Positions 48,095 to 60,100 of a stretch of DNA of 64,000 bases are shown here, piece by piece. Every line of letters starts with the position of its first letter. Position 1 is the stretch's first letter. The position numbers and the translations under genes were made by a program. This stretch comes from an uncultured bacterium (GTDB lineage: Bacteria; JAGOEH01; CAYLKS01): positions 13,301 through 77,300 of the forward strand of contig CAYLKS010000004.1 in the NCBI GenBank assembly GCA_964384205.1, written 5' to 3'. The notes under the pieces are model-generated. The model was not told the origin of the DNA and ran no database searches. It saw only the letters and a list, made by a program, of their open reading frames with translations.

Positions 48095-48165
48095 CTGGGG
48101 AACAGGGACTCGAACCCCGATTCTACGGTCCAGAGCCGCATGTCCTGCCATTGGACGATTCCCCA
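48095..48165 (-). tRNA. tRNA-Gln (anticodon CUG)
   Basis: The reverse complement is TGGGGAATCGTCCAATGGCAGGACATGCGGCTCTGGACCGTAGAATCGGGGTTCGAGTCCCTGTTCCCCAG. It folds as a cloverleaf with a 7-bp acceptor stem, D-arm GTCC/GGAC, anticodon loop CTCTGGA (CUG), T-loop TTCGAGT and discriminator G. The 5' TGGGG start is typical of tRNA-Gln. No CCA is encoded. Confidence 0.8.
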
Positions 48166-48193
48166 GTACATTTAAAATTATATAATAAAATTT

Positions 48194-49411
48194 TTATTTT
48201 GTCAATAAAATTTTTAAAAATTTTCTTTTCCCAACTTTAATAATATATTCATCTTTATCTGGAGTTATATCAAAATTTATATCATTTATTTTAAGATTGT
48301 TTACAGTTACAGCATTTTGTTTAATTAATCTTCTTGCTTCACTATTGGAAGCTACTATCTTGGCTTCTGATAAAATATTGGTAAGTCTGAGAGGCAACCT
48401 GGATATATTTATTTTAATTTCTGGAATATCTTCTGGAATTTCTTTATTTTTAAAAACTTTATTGAAATGCTCTTCTGCAGCTTTTGCAGCTTCTTTACCA
48501 TGATACATTTCGACAATGGTTTTACCTAATAATCTTTTAAAAATTGAAGGGTTTTCTCCTTTACTCATTTTTATTTGTATATTTTTTATATCTGACATTG
48601 GAACATCTGTTAAAAGTTCAAAGTATTTTATAATAAGAGAATCAGGTATGGACATAATTTTCCCGAACATATCTTCAGGAGCATCGTTAATTCCTATATA
48701 ATTGCCATAGCTTTTACTCATTTTTTCAATACCATCAGTTCCTTCAAGAATAGGCAATGTCATAATAACCTGTGGTTCAACTCCGTATTCCCTTTGTATA
48801 TCTCTTCCTATTAATAAATTAAATGTCTGATCGGTTCCACCTAATTCTACATCTGCTTTTAATGCTACAGAATCATAAGCCTGGGCAAGAGGATATAAAA
48901 ATTCTATTATGCTTATTGGTATACCTTTTTTAAATCTTTTTGAGAAATCATCACGTTCTAACATTCGAGCTACAGTATATTTGCTTGTTAAAATTAATAC
49001 ATCTTTAAATGACATTTTGCCCAACCATTTACTATTAAATTCAATGATAGTTTTTTCAGGATTAAGTATTTTAAAAATTTGCATTTTGTAGGTTTCTGCA
49101 TTTTGTTTTACCTCTTCTGGAGTAAGTTGTTTCCTTGTTTTGCTTCTACCAGTGGGATCTCCTATCATTCCTGTAAAATCTCCAATTAAAAAAACAACAG
49201 TATGACCTAAATCCTGAAACTGTTTTAATTTTCTTATAGAAACTGTATGGCCAAGATGAAGATCAGGAGCTGTTGGGTCGAAACCCTGTTTAATTATAAG
49301 TGGTTTATTTTCTTTATATGAACGTTCTAATTTTTTTAATAATTCTCCTTCTGATACTAAATCTACAATACCTCTTTTTAAAATTTCTAATTGTTCTTCT
49401 GGCCTTAACAT
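48194..49411 (-). CDS. tyrS: Tyrosyl-tRNA synthetase
   Basis: The class I HIGH motif is DLHLGH and KMSKS is present. There is a C-terminal S4 RNA-binding domain. Length 405 aa. Confidence 0.9.
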   Translation of the reverse strand: MLRPEEQLEILKRGIVDLVSEGELLKKLERSYKENKPLIIKQGFDPTAPDLHLGHTVSIRKLKQFQDLGHTVVFLIGDFTGMIGDPTGRSKTRKQLTPEEVKQNAETYKMQIFKILNPEKTIIEFNSKWLGKMSFKDVLILTSKYTVARMLERDDFSKRFKKGIPISIIEFLYPLAQAYDSVALKADVELGGTDQTFNLLIGRDIQREYGVEPQVIMTLPILEGTDGIEKMSKSYGNYIGINDAPEDMFGKIMSIPDSLIIKYFELLTDVPMSDIKNIQIKMSKGENPSIFKRLLGKTIVEMYHGKEAAKAAEEHFNKVFKNKEIPEDIPEIKINISRLPLRLTNILSEAKIVASNSEARRLIKQNAVTVNNLKINDINFDITPDKDEYIIKVGKRKFLKILLTK

Positions 49412-49427
49412 ACTTTTTCCTTTCTAT

Positions 49428-50378
49428 TTATTTTTTAATAGATTTCCATATTTTTATTTTTTTAGGAGTGTAATCGATAATTTCAATAACATTATTATAT
49501 TTTGATAATGTCACATGAACTGGCAGCAAAATAGTATCTTTTATTTCTTTATTTATAAAACATGAAATCTTGAAATCATTGCTATTAATTGAATCAATTA
49601 TTCCAGCAGGTCCTGATATATCTATGTTGCACTTCAGAATATCTGTTTCTAAATAACTACCTTTAATTTTTAATTTATTACTAATTTCGAGATTAATAGG
49701 AATGTTATAAAAAGATCTAATATCTATTTTCTCTAAAGTAACGATTAGATTTGTGTATTTAGGATTGATTTTAGTTCCTTGAGGAGCAATTAGTTTGATT
49801 TTATATTTGGTGTCATCATCTAAATTCAATATATTTAAAGTTTCAGTTTCTACATAGGTTATATTTTTTACTATATATTCTGGACCTTCAATGAATGTGT
49901 AATCTGGTGTAAAATTTATATCTTTTATTTTATAATTTTTATTTGTTTTGATATTAACATTTGATTTAATTTTTATTTTTTTGGTACTTTTTTTTGTGAG
50001 ATAAATTGGAATTGTGTCAGGACTAATTTTTAATATCCCCACATTTTGAATATCTTCAGGACCATTTAGTATATCTTTATTGAGATGAATCAAATATTTT
50101 TTATTTATAGGCGTGTTTTTAAGATCTATTGTAAAGTTCAACTTATTTGAAAAATATATTTTTATTAATTTCTTCCCAATCCCATAAAAATCAACTTTTG
50201 TTGTTTTAGGTACATTACCTATTAAGACATATTGTGTGGTATCAATGTTTATAATATCTATTGGAATTTCTAATGTTAATTTAAATTTTTTTGAAATACT
50301 TACACTTAACCATAATATTATAGCGAATAAAACAGAAATAAATTTTATATATATTTTATTTAAAAATAAATTTCCCAT
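49428..50378 (-). CDS. YbbR-like (CdaR-type) repeat protein with an N-terminal TM anchor
   Basis: An N-terminal hydrophobic segment is followed by ~4 repeated ~80-aa beta-rich modules with the YbbR pattern. Length 316 aa. Confidence 0.45.
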   Translation of the reverse strand: MGNLFLNKIYIKFISVLFAIILWLSVSISKKFKLTLEIPIDIINIDTTQYVLIGNVPKTTKVDFYGIGKKLIKIYFSNKLNFTIDLKNTPINKKYLIHLNKDILNGPEDIQNVGILKISPDTIPIYLTKKSTKKIKIKSNVNIKTNKNYKIKDINFTPDYTFIEGPEYIVKNITYVETETLNILNLDDDTKYKIKLIAPQGTKINPKYTNLIVTLEKIDIRSFYNIPINLEISNKLKIKGSYLETDILKCNIDISGPAGIIDSINSNDFKISCFINKEIKDTILLPVHVTLSKYNNVIEIIDYTPKKIKIWKSIKK

Positions 50379-50384
50379 TACTAA

Positions 50385-51242
50385 TTAGGTAAGGTAAGGG
50401 CGGAGTTTTTTGCTTCTTCTGGTGTGTCTTAATCTTTTTATTGCCTTTTCTTTTATTTGTCTTACTCTCTCCCTTGTTAAACCATAGTTTTCACCGATTT
50501 CTTCTAATGTGTAAGATCTTTCTCTATTTATACCAAAGTATAGACAAATGACATCGCGTTCTCTTTCATCCAATTCATTTAGAACTTTCTCAATTTCTTC
50601 TTTTAATGAATTTTCCATAAGATTTTCATCTGGTAAAGGTTGTGATGAATCTTCAATAACATCCATAAGACTATTGTCTTCACCATCATTAAAAGGAGCA
50701 TCTAAAGAGCAGTGTTTACTGGAAAACCTTAATGCATCACTTACTTCACCACTTTTTATGGAAAGTTGTTCTGCAATTTCATGCGCATCTGGCTCTCTTC
50801 CAAATTGCTGCTGTAAATCATTTGTAGTTTTGCTAATTTTGTGGATAACACCAACTTTATTTAGTGGAAGTCTTACGATTCTTGATTGTTCTGCTAAAGC
50901 CTGAAGAATTGCCTGTCTTATCCACCAGACTGCATAAGAAATGAATTTGAAACCGCGGGTTTCATCAAAACGTTTTGCCGCTTTGATCAAACCAAGATTT
51001 CCTTCATTAATTAAATCTGCTAAAGATAATCCCTGGTTTTGATATTGCTTTGCTACAGCAACAACAAACCTTAAATTAGCTTTTGTTAATTGTTCTAATG
51101 CTTCTTGATCGCCTTTTTTTATTCTTTTAGCTAATTCAACTTCTTCTTCCGGCGTGAGAAGACTCTCCTCGCCTATCTCTTTTAAATACAAATCTAAAGA
51201 TTTTTCTTCGAACCTAAAAAACTTTTTTGCATACTTTGCCAA
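50385..51242 (-). CDS. sigA: Primary-type sigma-70 factor, FCB/Bacteroidota-style short SigA lacking region 1.1
   Basis: Region 2 is [58 protein letters not shown]. Regions 3 and 4.2 are present ([17 protein letters not shown]). The 285-aa length and near-identity of region 2 to Bacteroidota RpoD fit a short primary sigma. Confidence 0.75.
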   Translation of the reverse strand: MAKYAKKFFRFEEKSLDLYLKEIGEESLLTPEEEVELAKRIKKGDQEALEQLTKANLRFVVAVAKQYQNQGLSLADLINEGNLGLIKAAKRFDETRGFKFISYAVWWIRQAILQALAEQSRIVRLPLNKVGVIHKISKTTNDLQQQFGREPDAHEIAEQLSIKSGEVSDALRFSSKHCSLDAPFNDGEDNSLMDVIEDSSQPLPDENLMENSLKEEIEKVLNELDERERDVICLYFGINRERSYTLEEIGENYGLTRERVRQIKEKAIKRLRHTRRSKKLRPYLT

Positions 51243-51445
51243 TTTAAAACCCCTTTTTAAATTGGTTTAGATTTTCAATATAAAAATAAAATTTTACTTT
51301 GTCAAGTAAAAAATATTTTTTATATTTTTTTACATATATTATATACTCATTTTTTGCTTCTATTGTTCCATTTTTTTGTTGACAAATAAAATATTTTTCT
51401 TAAATTAAATATGACTGACTGGTTAGTCATGTATTAAAAAGGAGT

Positions 51446-52033
51446 TTGATTATGATAAATATTAAATCTTCTGAACATAAAAAGAAAGTAAGAGAAAAGA
51501 TTATTGAATCTGCTTTTGAACTTTTTGCGCAATTCGGATTTCATAAAACTACAATAGATATGGTGGCATCTAAAGCCAATATTTCAAAAGGGCTTATTTA
51601 TAATTATTTTGAAAATAAAGAACATCTGCTTGAAGAAACAATTCATTTTATTTTTTTTAAGATTGAAGAAAAATTTTTTAGTAAACTTGACTTACAAAAT
51701 TCAGATAATATTTTCAAAGATATAATTGATATCTATTTTGATGAAATTATAAAAGATGAAAATTTTTGGTTTTTTTTTGCTTCAATTTTATTCCAACCCG
51801 ATATAGCTAATATCGCAAGAAAAATAGCAGCTCCTTTTATCAAAAATATAATAGATGAAATAGAAAATTTGTTTAAAATGAAAAATAGTAAAAATCCCAG
51901 AGAGGAAGCCTTTTTATTTGGAGCTTTATTAGATGGTATCTTTTTCGATTATTTTATAATGAAACCGTCATATCCTATAAAAAAAATAAAAGAATTTTTG
52001 ATAAAAAAATATTCAATAGGGGGTACGATATGA
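51446..52033 (+). CDS. TetR-family transcriptional regulator
   Basis: The N-terminal HTH is IIESAFELFAQFGFHKTTIDMVASKANISKGLIYNYFENKEHLL. Length 195 aa. Confidence 0.8.
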   Translation: MIMINIKSSEHKKKVREKIIESAFELFAQFGFHKTTIDMVASKANISKGLIYNYFENKEHLLEETIHFIFFKIEEKFFSKLDLQNSDNIFKDIIDIYFDEIIKDENFWFFFASILFQPDIANIARKIAAPFIKNIIDEIENLFKMKNSKNPREEAFLFGALLDGIFFDYFIMKPSYPIKKIKEFLIKKYSIGGTI

Positions 52034-52782
52034 AAAAAGTAGCTTTTTTTTACTTTCTTATTATTGGTTATCTTTTAGCTCAGAATTTGACAGCACTGGA
52101 TATTATGAAAAAAGTAATTGATATTTTAACTCCTAAAACTGCATATACCAAATCGAAAATGATTATAACAACTACAGGTGGAGAGAAAAGAACTTTTATC
52201 ACAGAATCTTATGCCAAAAATAATGGAGAAAAAATGTTACTGAAATATTTAGCTCCTGCTCAAGTCAAAGGACAGAAAACCCTGCTTTTAAATAATGCAG
52301 ATGATATATGGGTATATTTCCCTGTTACAAATAGAGTGAGAAAACTTGCCACACATGCTAAAAAAAGAAAAGTGCAGGGTAGTGACTTTTCTTACGAGGA
52401 TATGGGGACTGGGAAATCTTTTATATCAGATTATAATAGTAAAATTATAAAAGATACAGTTTACAATGACAAAAAATGCTATTTAATTGAACTTATTCCA
52501 AAAAAAGGCATTATTACTTCTTATAGTAAATTGAGATTTGTAATAGATAAAAAAAACTTTTATCCTTATGAAATTCAATATTTTGATGAGAAAGCACCAG
52601 ATATTATGTTGAAGAAATTAATTTCTTATAATATTAAAATTGTAGATAATATCCCCACAGCTTATAAAATGGTTATGTACAACTTGATAGATAATACAAA
52701 TACTCAAATAGAATTAATAGATGTAAAATATAATATAAAAATACCTGATGCTATGTTTTCTGAAAGGGGATTGAAAAGATGA
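52030..52782 (+). CDS. LolA-like outer-membrane lipoprotein-sorting / lipid-carrier fold protein (secreted)
   Basis: It has a signal peptide, is ~250 aa and beta-rich, with an overall LolA/DUF4367-like pattern. Its start overlaps the TetR stop by 4 nt, and it is followed by an OM barrel and an MMPL transporter. Confidence 0.45.
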   Translation: MKKVAFFYFLIIGYLLAQNLTALDIMKKVIDILTPKTAYTKSKMIITTTGGEKRTFITESYAKNNGEKMLLKYLAPAQVKGQKTLLLNNADDIWVYFPVTNRVRKLATHAKKRKVQGSDFSYEDMGTGKSFISDYNSKIIKDTVYNDKKCYLIELIPKKGIITSYSKLRFVIDKKNFYPYEIQYFDEKAPDIMLKKLISYNIKIVDNIPTAYKMVMYNLIDNTNTQIELIDVKYNIKIPDAMFSERGLKR

Positions 52783-53891
52783 TTTTGATATTATTTTTTC
52801 TTTTGTGCTCAACTTTATTTGGTCAGACCGGCTATTATGAAAATAATCTGGTATTTTATAAGCTTAAAAATAAAGATATTATAATGCAATCCAATAAATT
52901 GCGCGTGGATTTAGAAAAGAGAATAAATAGAATAGAATTTAAGGCTAATGTTAATTTTTATAATTATAATGGTACTACAGTATTCGATTTTAAAGATTAT
53001 TTGCCAGATTTTTTTGAAAGTTATCCTTATGGAGTTTTTTCTCAAACTTATAAAGATACATACAAATTGGATAATATTTATCTTAAGTTTAGTTTGTCAA
53101 ATGTTGATTTTACAATTGGTAAACAACAAATATCCCCTGGCACTGGATATTTTTTAAATCCCGTTGATATTTTTAATCAAAAAGATTATACAGACCCTGC
53201 ATATGAACAACCAGGGTACAATGCTTTTAAAATAGATTATTTTATGACATTAAATTCACAATTAATATTTATTTTTTCGCCAGATAGCACCTTTGATTTT
53301 TCTACAATATTTGTAAGATATAAACATAACTTCAGTAAATTTGATGTTAGTTTATATTTATCTCGATATTATAAACATCAATTGGATAAATTTTTTAATG
53401 ATGAATATTTTTGCAGTAAGATGCTGGGGCTTTCGTTTGCTGGAGAATTTATCGGACTTGGTGTGTGGGGTGAATTTGCCTTTTTTGATCCTGAATCTCA
53501 TAAAAATTATTTAGAATATCTTATAGGTTTTGATTATACATTTGAAAATGGATTATATATTTTAAATGAATTTTATTATAATAGTGAAAATGATAAAAAG
53601 CTTTTTTCTTTTGAATGGATTAATTATTTTTCGGGAGCCATTAAATCACCAATGAAAATGTTGGATTTTTCATATATTGATTATCCATTAACAGATTTGA
53701 TAAGTTTGGGCATATCTTCATTATATTCTATGGATGATAACAGTTTCTCTATTATTCCTCATTTTATATGGAATATTTTTGAAAATACAGAATTAACTTT
53801 TAGGTTTGTTTTTAATAGCGGCAAAAAACGTTCTTTTTTATCTTCTTCTATGGGTGAGGCTTTATTTTGTAGATTAAAGTATTATTTTTGA
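52779..53891 (+). CDS. Predicted outer-membrane beta-barrel protein (hypothetical)
   Basis: It has a signal peptide, alternating aromatic/hydrophilic beta-strand periodicity with abundant Tyr/Phe, and a C-terminal ...LKYYF ending in Phe, as in OMPs. It is operonic with the MMPL gene. Confidence 0.35.
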   Translation: MILILFFLLCSTLFGQTGYYENNLVFYKLKNKDIIMQSNKLRVDLEKRINRIEFKANVNFYNYNGTTVFDFKDYLPDFFESYPYGVFSQTYKDTYKLDNIYLKFSLSNVDFTIGKQQISPGTGYFLNPVDIFNQKDYTDPAYEQPGYNAFKIDYFMTLNSQLIFIFSPDSTFDFSTIFVRYKHNFSKFDVSLYLSRYYKHQLDKFFNDEYFCSKMLGLSFAGEFIGLGVWGEFAFFDPESHKNYLEYLIGFDYTFENGLYILNEFYYNSENDKKLFSFEWINYFSGAIKSPMKMLDFSYIDYPLTDLISLGISSLYSMDDNSFSIIPHFIWNIFENTELTFRFVFNSGKKRSFLSSSMGEALFCRLKYYF

Positions 53892-53907
53892 ATATATGGG
53901 GGGTTTT

Positions 53908-56568
53908 ATGAAAGATAGACTTTTAAAAAATATTGCAAAATTACAGGTACATCGGCCGTATCTGGTTGTTTTTTCTTTTATTATTTTATCTATAGTTGGT
54001 TTATATATGGGATCTAAATTAAAGGTTACTATGCGATGGTCCGACCTTTTACCAACAAATCGTCCATCAGTTAAAGAATTTAATAAAATCATTGAAAAAT
54101 ATAAATCAGCATCAACTGTTATTGTTGCAGTCGAGGGGGCCGATAGAGAGAATATAGAGAATTTTGTTGAAGATTATGTTAAAAAGATTAAAAGGCATAA
54201 GCTTATAAAAAGGATAGATTATATCATAGATACTACTTTTTACCTTAATCATGGATTAATGATAATGAAAACTAAAGATCTTAAAAATTCTACTGATTTA
54301 TTTAAAACTACAGATTTTGTGGACTTTGTGAAGAATTTAAATCATACTATGGAAAAGACATATATATATTCAGAGGATGAAGAGGTTTTATCTAATAAGG
54401 AAAAAACAGATAAAGCAATTATGTTAGTTGATGCTATCCGTGATTTTGTTGGTGATTTGAATAGTTTAAAAAATATGAAACAATTAGATACTAATAGAGT
54501 TTTCGAAAATATTGATAAATTTTTTATAGGGGAAAAGTATTTTTATTCTTATGATAAAAAGATGGTGTTGATAAATATTATTCCAACTTTTACAATTGTT
54601 GATTTAGAAAAATGTATAGAATTAACACATTTTTTAAGAAATACCGGGAAAATTGTAAATAAAAAATACCCCTCTGTCAAATTTGGATTAACAGGTTTTA
54701 TCGCTATGGGTAGTGATGAAATGGATTCTATTGAACCTTATATGTTGCCAATTACATTAATTACTTTTATTTTGATAATATTAATTTTTATAATTTTTTT
54801 CAAAATGTGGATTTCTCCAATTTTGGCAGGGGTTGTTCTTATAGTATCTGTTATTTTAAGTTCTGCTTTAGCATATGTTTTTTATGGTCATTTAAATATT
54901 ATGACATCAATGTTCGCTGTTATTTTATTAGGACTTGGAATTGATTTTTCTATACATATAATATCAAATATGTTGGAATCTTTATCTAATGGATATAGTG
55001 TAGAAGATTCTATTTATTCTGCATTGAATAAAGTTGGTGGAGGAATTATTACAGGAGCAATGACCACAGGTTTTGCTTTTTTGGTTTTATTAGTTTCAGA
55101 AAATAGAGGAATGAAAGAATTTGGCGCTGTTGTAGGAATAGGTGTTATTGTTGCTATGGCTGTTACAATAATGTTATTGCCAGCTTTGTTATCGATTTAT
55201 TTTAAGAAAAAAAAGGATGTGAAAAAGAAAATTTCTGATTTTAAATTATTAGGCAGAATCGGGCAATCATTCGCTGATAATAGAATTGTGATGATTGTTA
55301 TTATTGTTATATTAAGTGTTATTTTTATGAGATATACTCTTAATTTGCGGTTTGATTATAAAATGTTGAATATGGAACCTAAAGATATGGAATCTGTAAT
55401 TTATAATGATAAAATAATAGAAAAATATGAGATTAGTCCAGACTATGCATTATTTTCTTCCTCAAGTCTTGATACTTTGAAAGAAGTGGCAAGTTTTTTA
55501 AAACGTTATAAAATAATAGCTAATGTAACCTCAATAACAGATATAATAAAGGATAGTATAACATATAAAAATAATAAAGAAATTATATTGAATATTAAGA
55601 AATATTTTGAAAATAGACAAATTCCTAAACTCAACTCAAAAAGATTTAAATTATTATTGAAATATCTTGATACTTTATGGATGAATGTTTATGAGATGGG
55701 AAACCTTGCTTTTACAAATGGTCAATCTAAGCTTGAAAAAAGATGTTTTGATATTGTAAAAAAACAAGAAGATAGAGATAGTGATTTAATTAAAATGACA
55801 AAGGCATCTCTTCAATATACTTGGCAGAATAATAAGAATATTTTGGCAAAATATTCGGAGATATTTTTAAAACATTATAATAAAAGAGTATCTAATTTGT
55901 TAAATACAGAGATTGTTACGATAGAGAATTTGCCTGTTTCTATTAAACAGCAATATATTAGTGATGACGGGAAAGAATTTTTAATGACAATTTATGCAAA
56001 GGATGATGTTTGGGATTTAAAGAGATTGAAAGTATTTACTAAAATTTTAAAAAATGCAAATCCAAGAATAACAGGTACTCCGCCATTATATGTTGATCTT
56101 ATTGATATGATATCTGCAGATGGCAAAAAAGCCATAATTTTATCTATTATAATAATTTTCATTTTTCTTATGCTTGATTTTAAAAATATTTATATAGCAT
56201 TAATAACACTTATCCCTTTGGGGGTTAGTTTAGTTACCCTTGGTTTTGTAATGAATATAATGGGAATTATGATAAACGTAAATAATATTATTGCCTTTCC
56301 TTTATTATTGGGAATAGGAATTGATGATGGAGTTCATTTTGTCCATCGATATTTAAAAGAAGGAAATAATATTTATAAAGCGTATTCTTCCACAGGCAAA
56401 GCTGCTTTGCTTACTACTATAACTACTGTAATAGGATTTGGAGCTTTGATTATTTTTCCACATAGAGGAATGGCGAGCATGGGGCTTGTATTAGCTATTG
56501 GAATTTCTATTTGTTGGATTTCAACTGTTCTTATAGTTGCACCATTTATTTCTTTGATAAAAAAATGA
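53908..56568 (+). CDS. MMPL/RND-superfamily exporter (12 TM, two large periplasmic loops)
   Basis: Two 6-TM bundles are each preceded by a large soluble domain. RND/MMPL-like motifs are present (GLGIDFSIH, LGIGIDDGVHFVHRY). Length ~890 aa. An alternative start lies at 53896. Confidence 0.75.
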   Translation: MKDRLLKNIAKLQVHRPYLVVFSFIILSIVGLYMGSKLKVTMRWSDLLPTNRPSVKEFNKIIEKYKSASTVIVAVEGADRENIENFVEDYVKKIKRHKLIKRIDYIIDTTFYLNHGLMIMKTKDLKNSTDLFKTTDFVDFVKNLNHTMEKTYIYSEDEEVLSNKEKTDKAIMLVDAIRDFVGDLNSLKNMKQLDTNRVFENIDKFFIGEKYFYSYDKKMVLINIIPTFTIVDLEKCIELTHFLRNTGKIVNKKYPSVKFGLTGFIAMGSDEMDSIEPYMLPITLITFILIILIFIIFFKMWISPILAGVVLIVSVILSSALAYVFYGHLNIMTSMFAVILLGLGIDFSIHIISNMLESLSNGYSVEDSIYSALNKVGGGIITGAMTTGFAFLVLLVSENRGMKEFGAVVGIGVIVAMAVTIMLLPALLSIYFKKKKDVKKKISDFKLLGRIGQSFADNRIVMIVIIVILSVIFMRYTLNLRFDYKMLNMEPKDMESVIYNDKIIEKYEISPDYALFSSSSLDTLKEVASFLKRYKIIANVTSITDIIKDSITYKNNKEIILNIKKYFENRQIPKLNSKRFKLLLKYLDTLWMNVYEMGNLAFTNGQSKLEKRCFDIVKKQEDRDSDLIKMTKASLQYTWQNNKNILAKYSEIFLKHYNKRVSNLLNTEIVTIENLPVSIKQQYISDDGKEFLMTIYAKDDVWDLKRLKVFTKILKNANPRITGTPPLYVDLIDMISADGKKAIILSIIIIFIFLMLDFKNIYIALITLIPLGVSLVTLGFVMNIMGIMINVNNIIAFPLLLGIGIDDGVHFVHRYLKEGNNIYKAYSSTGKAALLTTITTVIGFGALIIFPHRGMASMGLVLAIGISICWISTVLIVAPFISLIKK

Positions 56569-57114
56569 TATTGAGTCAGTAGTGCTATGAAATTTTAATT
56601 GTATTTGCCGGTAATTTTATTAATAAATTTGGTTCTTTTTAATATATAAAGTGGAGAGTATTTGATTTTTTTAAATATTTATTTTTTTTGTCAAAAAAAT
56701 GTAAAATTTTATGTTATCTTTTTGACGCTTTTTTATATAATTTAATTATTTTAATATTCTTAAATGTGATCTATTTTTTTTATTTAAAAAGCTGCAAAAT
56801 TTATTCAATCTTTACTTTTTTTATAAATATTTTTAGGAATTTAGAGTTAAAATAAATATGATATTATAAGTTTTTGTTTTTTATTGAGTTAAGTTTTTAA
56901 TATTAAAATTTGTATAATTATTAAAAAAAAATCTTGACACGTTAGATTTTATTTATATATTTAAAATATGAGTAAAAATTATTTAAAATAATAAGAAAAT
57001 TACTTAAAAATATTAAACAGGAGGAGTGAATGGTATATTCTTTCAGTCCGTTAAGTTGTGTTAATGTATTAAGTTATATTATTGTTTCATGATAAGAGGA
57101 GGATGTATAATTGT

Positions 57115-60100
57115 ATGAAAAAAAGTAAGTTATTTTTAATTCTTCTTGTTTTATTTTTAATTTCTTCCCGTGTCTTTGCAGGTACAACGGGAAAAATTGC
57201 CGGTAAAATTGTTGATGCAACTACTGGAGAAGCATTGGTAGGGGCAAATGTAATTATTACTTCTATATGGATGGAAGGTATTGAAATTGATTTACCAGAT
57301 AAGATGGGAGCAGCAACAGATATTGATGGATATTTTGTTATATTAAATATTCCTCCAGGTGTTTATACAGTAAAAGTTAGTATGATAGGTTATGAAGCTA
57401 AGATTGTTAATGATGTAAGAGTGGAAATTGATAGAACTACTACATTGAATTTAAAATTACAAGAAACAGCCATTCAGGGGAAGGAAGTTATTGTTGTTGC
57501 TAAAAGAGAAATTATTAAAAAAGATGTTGGTGCTTCTCAAAGAAGTTTAAATGCTGATGAAATTAAGGATATGCCGGTTTCTGATGTGGGTGATGTTGTA
57601 GGTCTTCAGGCTGGTATTACCTCCGGTTTAAGTATTAGAGGAAGTGGTAGTGATCAAACATTATTTATGGTAGATGGCATCTCTTTAAGAGATGAGCGTA
57701 CTAATCAGCCTATTACATTAGTGCCTATGAGTGCTATTCAGGCTGTTTCTGTGCAAACTGGCGGTTTTAATGCTGAATATAATAATGTTAGATCTGGTGT
57801 TGTTAATGTGGTTACAAGAGAAGGTAGTGAAAATAGATATACTTTTAATTTAACATATAGAAATAGTCAGCCTGCTAAAAAACATTTTGGCATCTCTCCT
57901 TATGATCCAAATTCATTTTGGCTAAGACCTTATTTAGATGATGCTGTTTGTTGGACCGGTACCGATAATGGTGCCTGGGATTATTATACGAGAAGGCAGT
58001 ATCCAGAATTTAAAGGATGGAATAGTATTTCTGCTACTACTGTAAAAGATGATGACCCAAATAATGATTTAACTCCTTATGGAGCGCAGAGATTATTTAA
58101 ATGGCAAAGAAGAAAGCAGGGCGATATAAAAAGACCTGATTATACAATAGATGGTGGATTTGGAGGACCAGTTCCTTTTATAGGTAAAAAACTTGGTAAT
58201 CTCAGGTTCTTCTTATCTTTTAGAAAAGAACAAAATATGTATTTGTATCAGTTAAATACAGACGGTATAACCAAAAATGCTTTGATGTTAAAATTAGTCT
58301 CTGATTTAACTTCATCAACAAAATTAACATTAATCGGTTTGTATGGTGAATTATTTGCTACGGCTACTTATGGCGGATATACCGGATACTATGAAAGTGT
58401 TTATGGTGTTGCCACTTCTCTTAATAGAATCGGGCACACTTCTAACTGGAGACTTTTTACTAATGATTATTTTTCAAGAACTTCACAATATAGTAATACT
58501 ATCTCCGCTAAAATTACTCATGTTTTTGACCCTGGTACTTTTATGGAAGTTGTTTTAAAAAGAGATTATAGAAATTATAATACAGGCCCCGGCAGAGTAA
58601 GGGATACTACTAAAAGGTATGAAATTTTTCCAGGATATTTTGTAGATGAAGCTCCTTTTGGATTTGAAGATGATCCTGTTTTTGCTATTGATGGTATGGG
58701 TATGGGAGGCTCCTTTTCTCAAAAAAGAGATTATAGTAATTTTACAACATGGACTTTTAAAGCAGATTATACAACTCAGTACAATAAATATAATCAGATT
58801 AAAACTGGTTTCAATTTTGTAATGAATAGATTTGATTTAAGTTTCGGTTCTGTTAATAAAGCTTTGCCGGAAGGTAATTATTGGACTACTATGAAAAGAG
58901 ATCCTTACAGAACCAGTATTTATATTCAGGATAAATTAGAATTTGAAGGTATGATCGCAACTATAGGATTAGTTGGCGATTATATGGATCCTACTGGAAC
59001 ATGGTACGAAGTGGAGCCTTATGATGAGAAATTTTTCTCTACTGATTACAATCAATTAGTAGAAGATACTGTAAGTAAAAAAGATGCAGCACCAAGATTT
59101 ACATTGAGTCCAAGATTTACTATATCTCATCCTATTAGTGTTAATTCAAAAATATATTTTAACTATGGTCATTTTAGGCAACAGCCTACTTCCGAAAGAA
59201 TGTATATGGTAAGGCGTGGGGTAGGAGAAAAAGTTCAATATTTCGGTAACCCAACTTTATCTCTTGCAAGGACTATCTCTTATGAATTAGGATATGACCA
59301 TGCTTTATTTGATAATTATCTTGTGCATATTTCTGGTTATTATAAAGATATCAGCGATGAAGAAAGATGGGTTAGATATATTAGTATCGATGGAAAAGTG
59401 AATTATTATAGACTTACAAATAATAATTATGAAGATATTAGAGGGCTTGAAATTGATATTGCTAAAATTAAAGGTGATTGGTTTACAGGAGATATCAATT
59501 ATGAATATAGAGTAAATACAAATGGTTATTTTGGAACTGCATATTACTATCAAAATCCAGCAGAACAAAGAGATTATTTAAGAAGGAATGTTTATCAAGA
59601 AAAACCAAAACCTATTCCACGAGTTAAGGCTAATTTCGATTTACATACTCCTGCTAAGTTTGGGCCAAAATTTTTTGATAATCATATCCTTGGTGCATGG
59701 CATGCTAATTTTATTTTCTATTATACTGGTGGTTCATGGTTTACATGGAACCCCAATGATAAGCCAGGTATCCAATATAATGTAAAATGGAGAGATTCTT
59801 TCTCTTCTGATCTTAAAATTTCTAAAGTTTTTAGATATAAAAGTGCATCTATTAAATTTTTCGTAGATTTTTATAATTTGTTTAATAATAAAAACTTCTC
59901 AGGCATATCTTTCTATGATATTCATGATTATTATGATTATATGAAATCATTGCATTTATCTGAAAAAACAATAAAAGAATTAGGTTATAATGCAATAACT
60001 GGAGATGATAAACCTGGTGATTATAGAAAAACAGGAGTACCTTTCCAGCCTATGGAATGGACAAATTCTGTTTATGAAATTCCAAATCCTAATACTTCTG

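Noticed and set aside
56569-57114. 545-bp AT-rich spacer before the second TonB-dependent receptor as a possible ncRNA or riboswitch (for example cobalamin)
   Set aside because: The sequence is almost pure A/T with no GC-rich paired elements or conserved riboswitch boxes. It is more likely promoter/UTR DNA.
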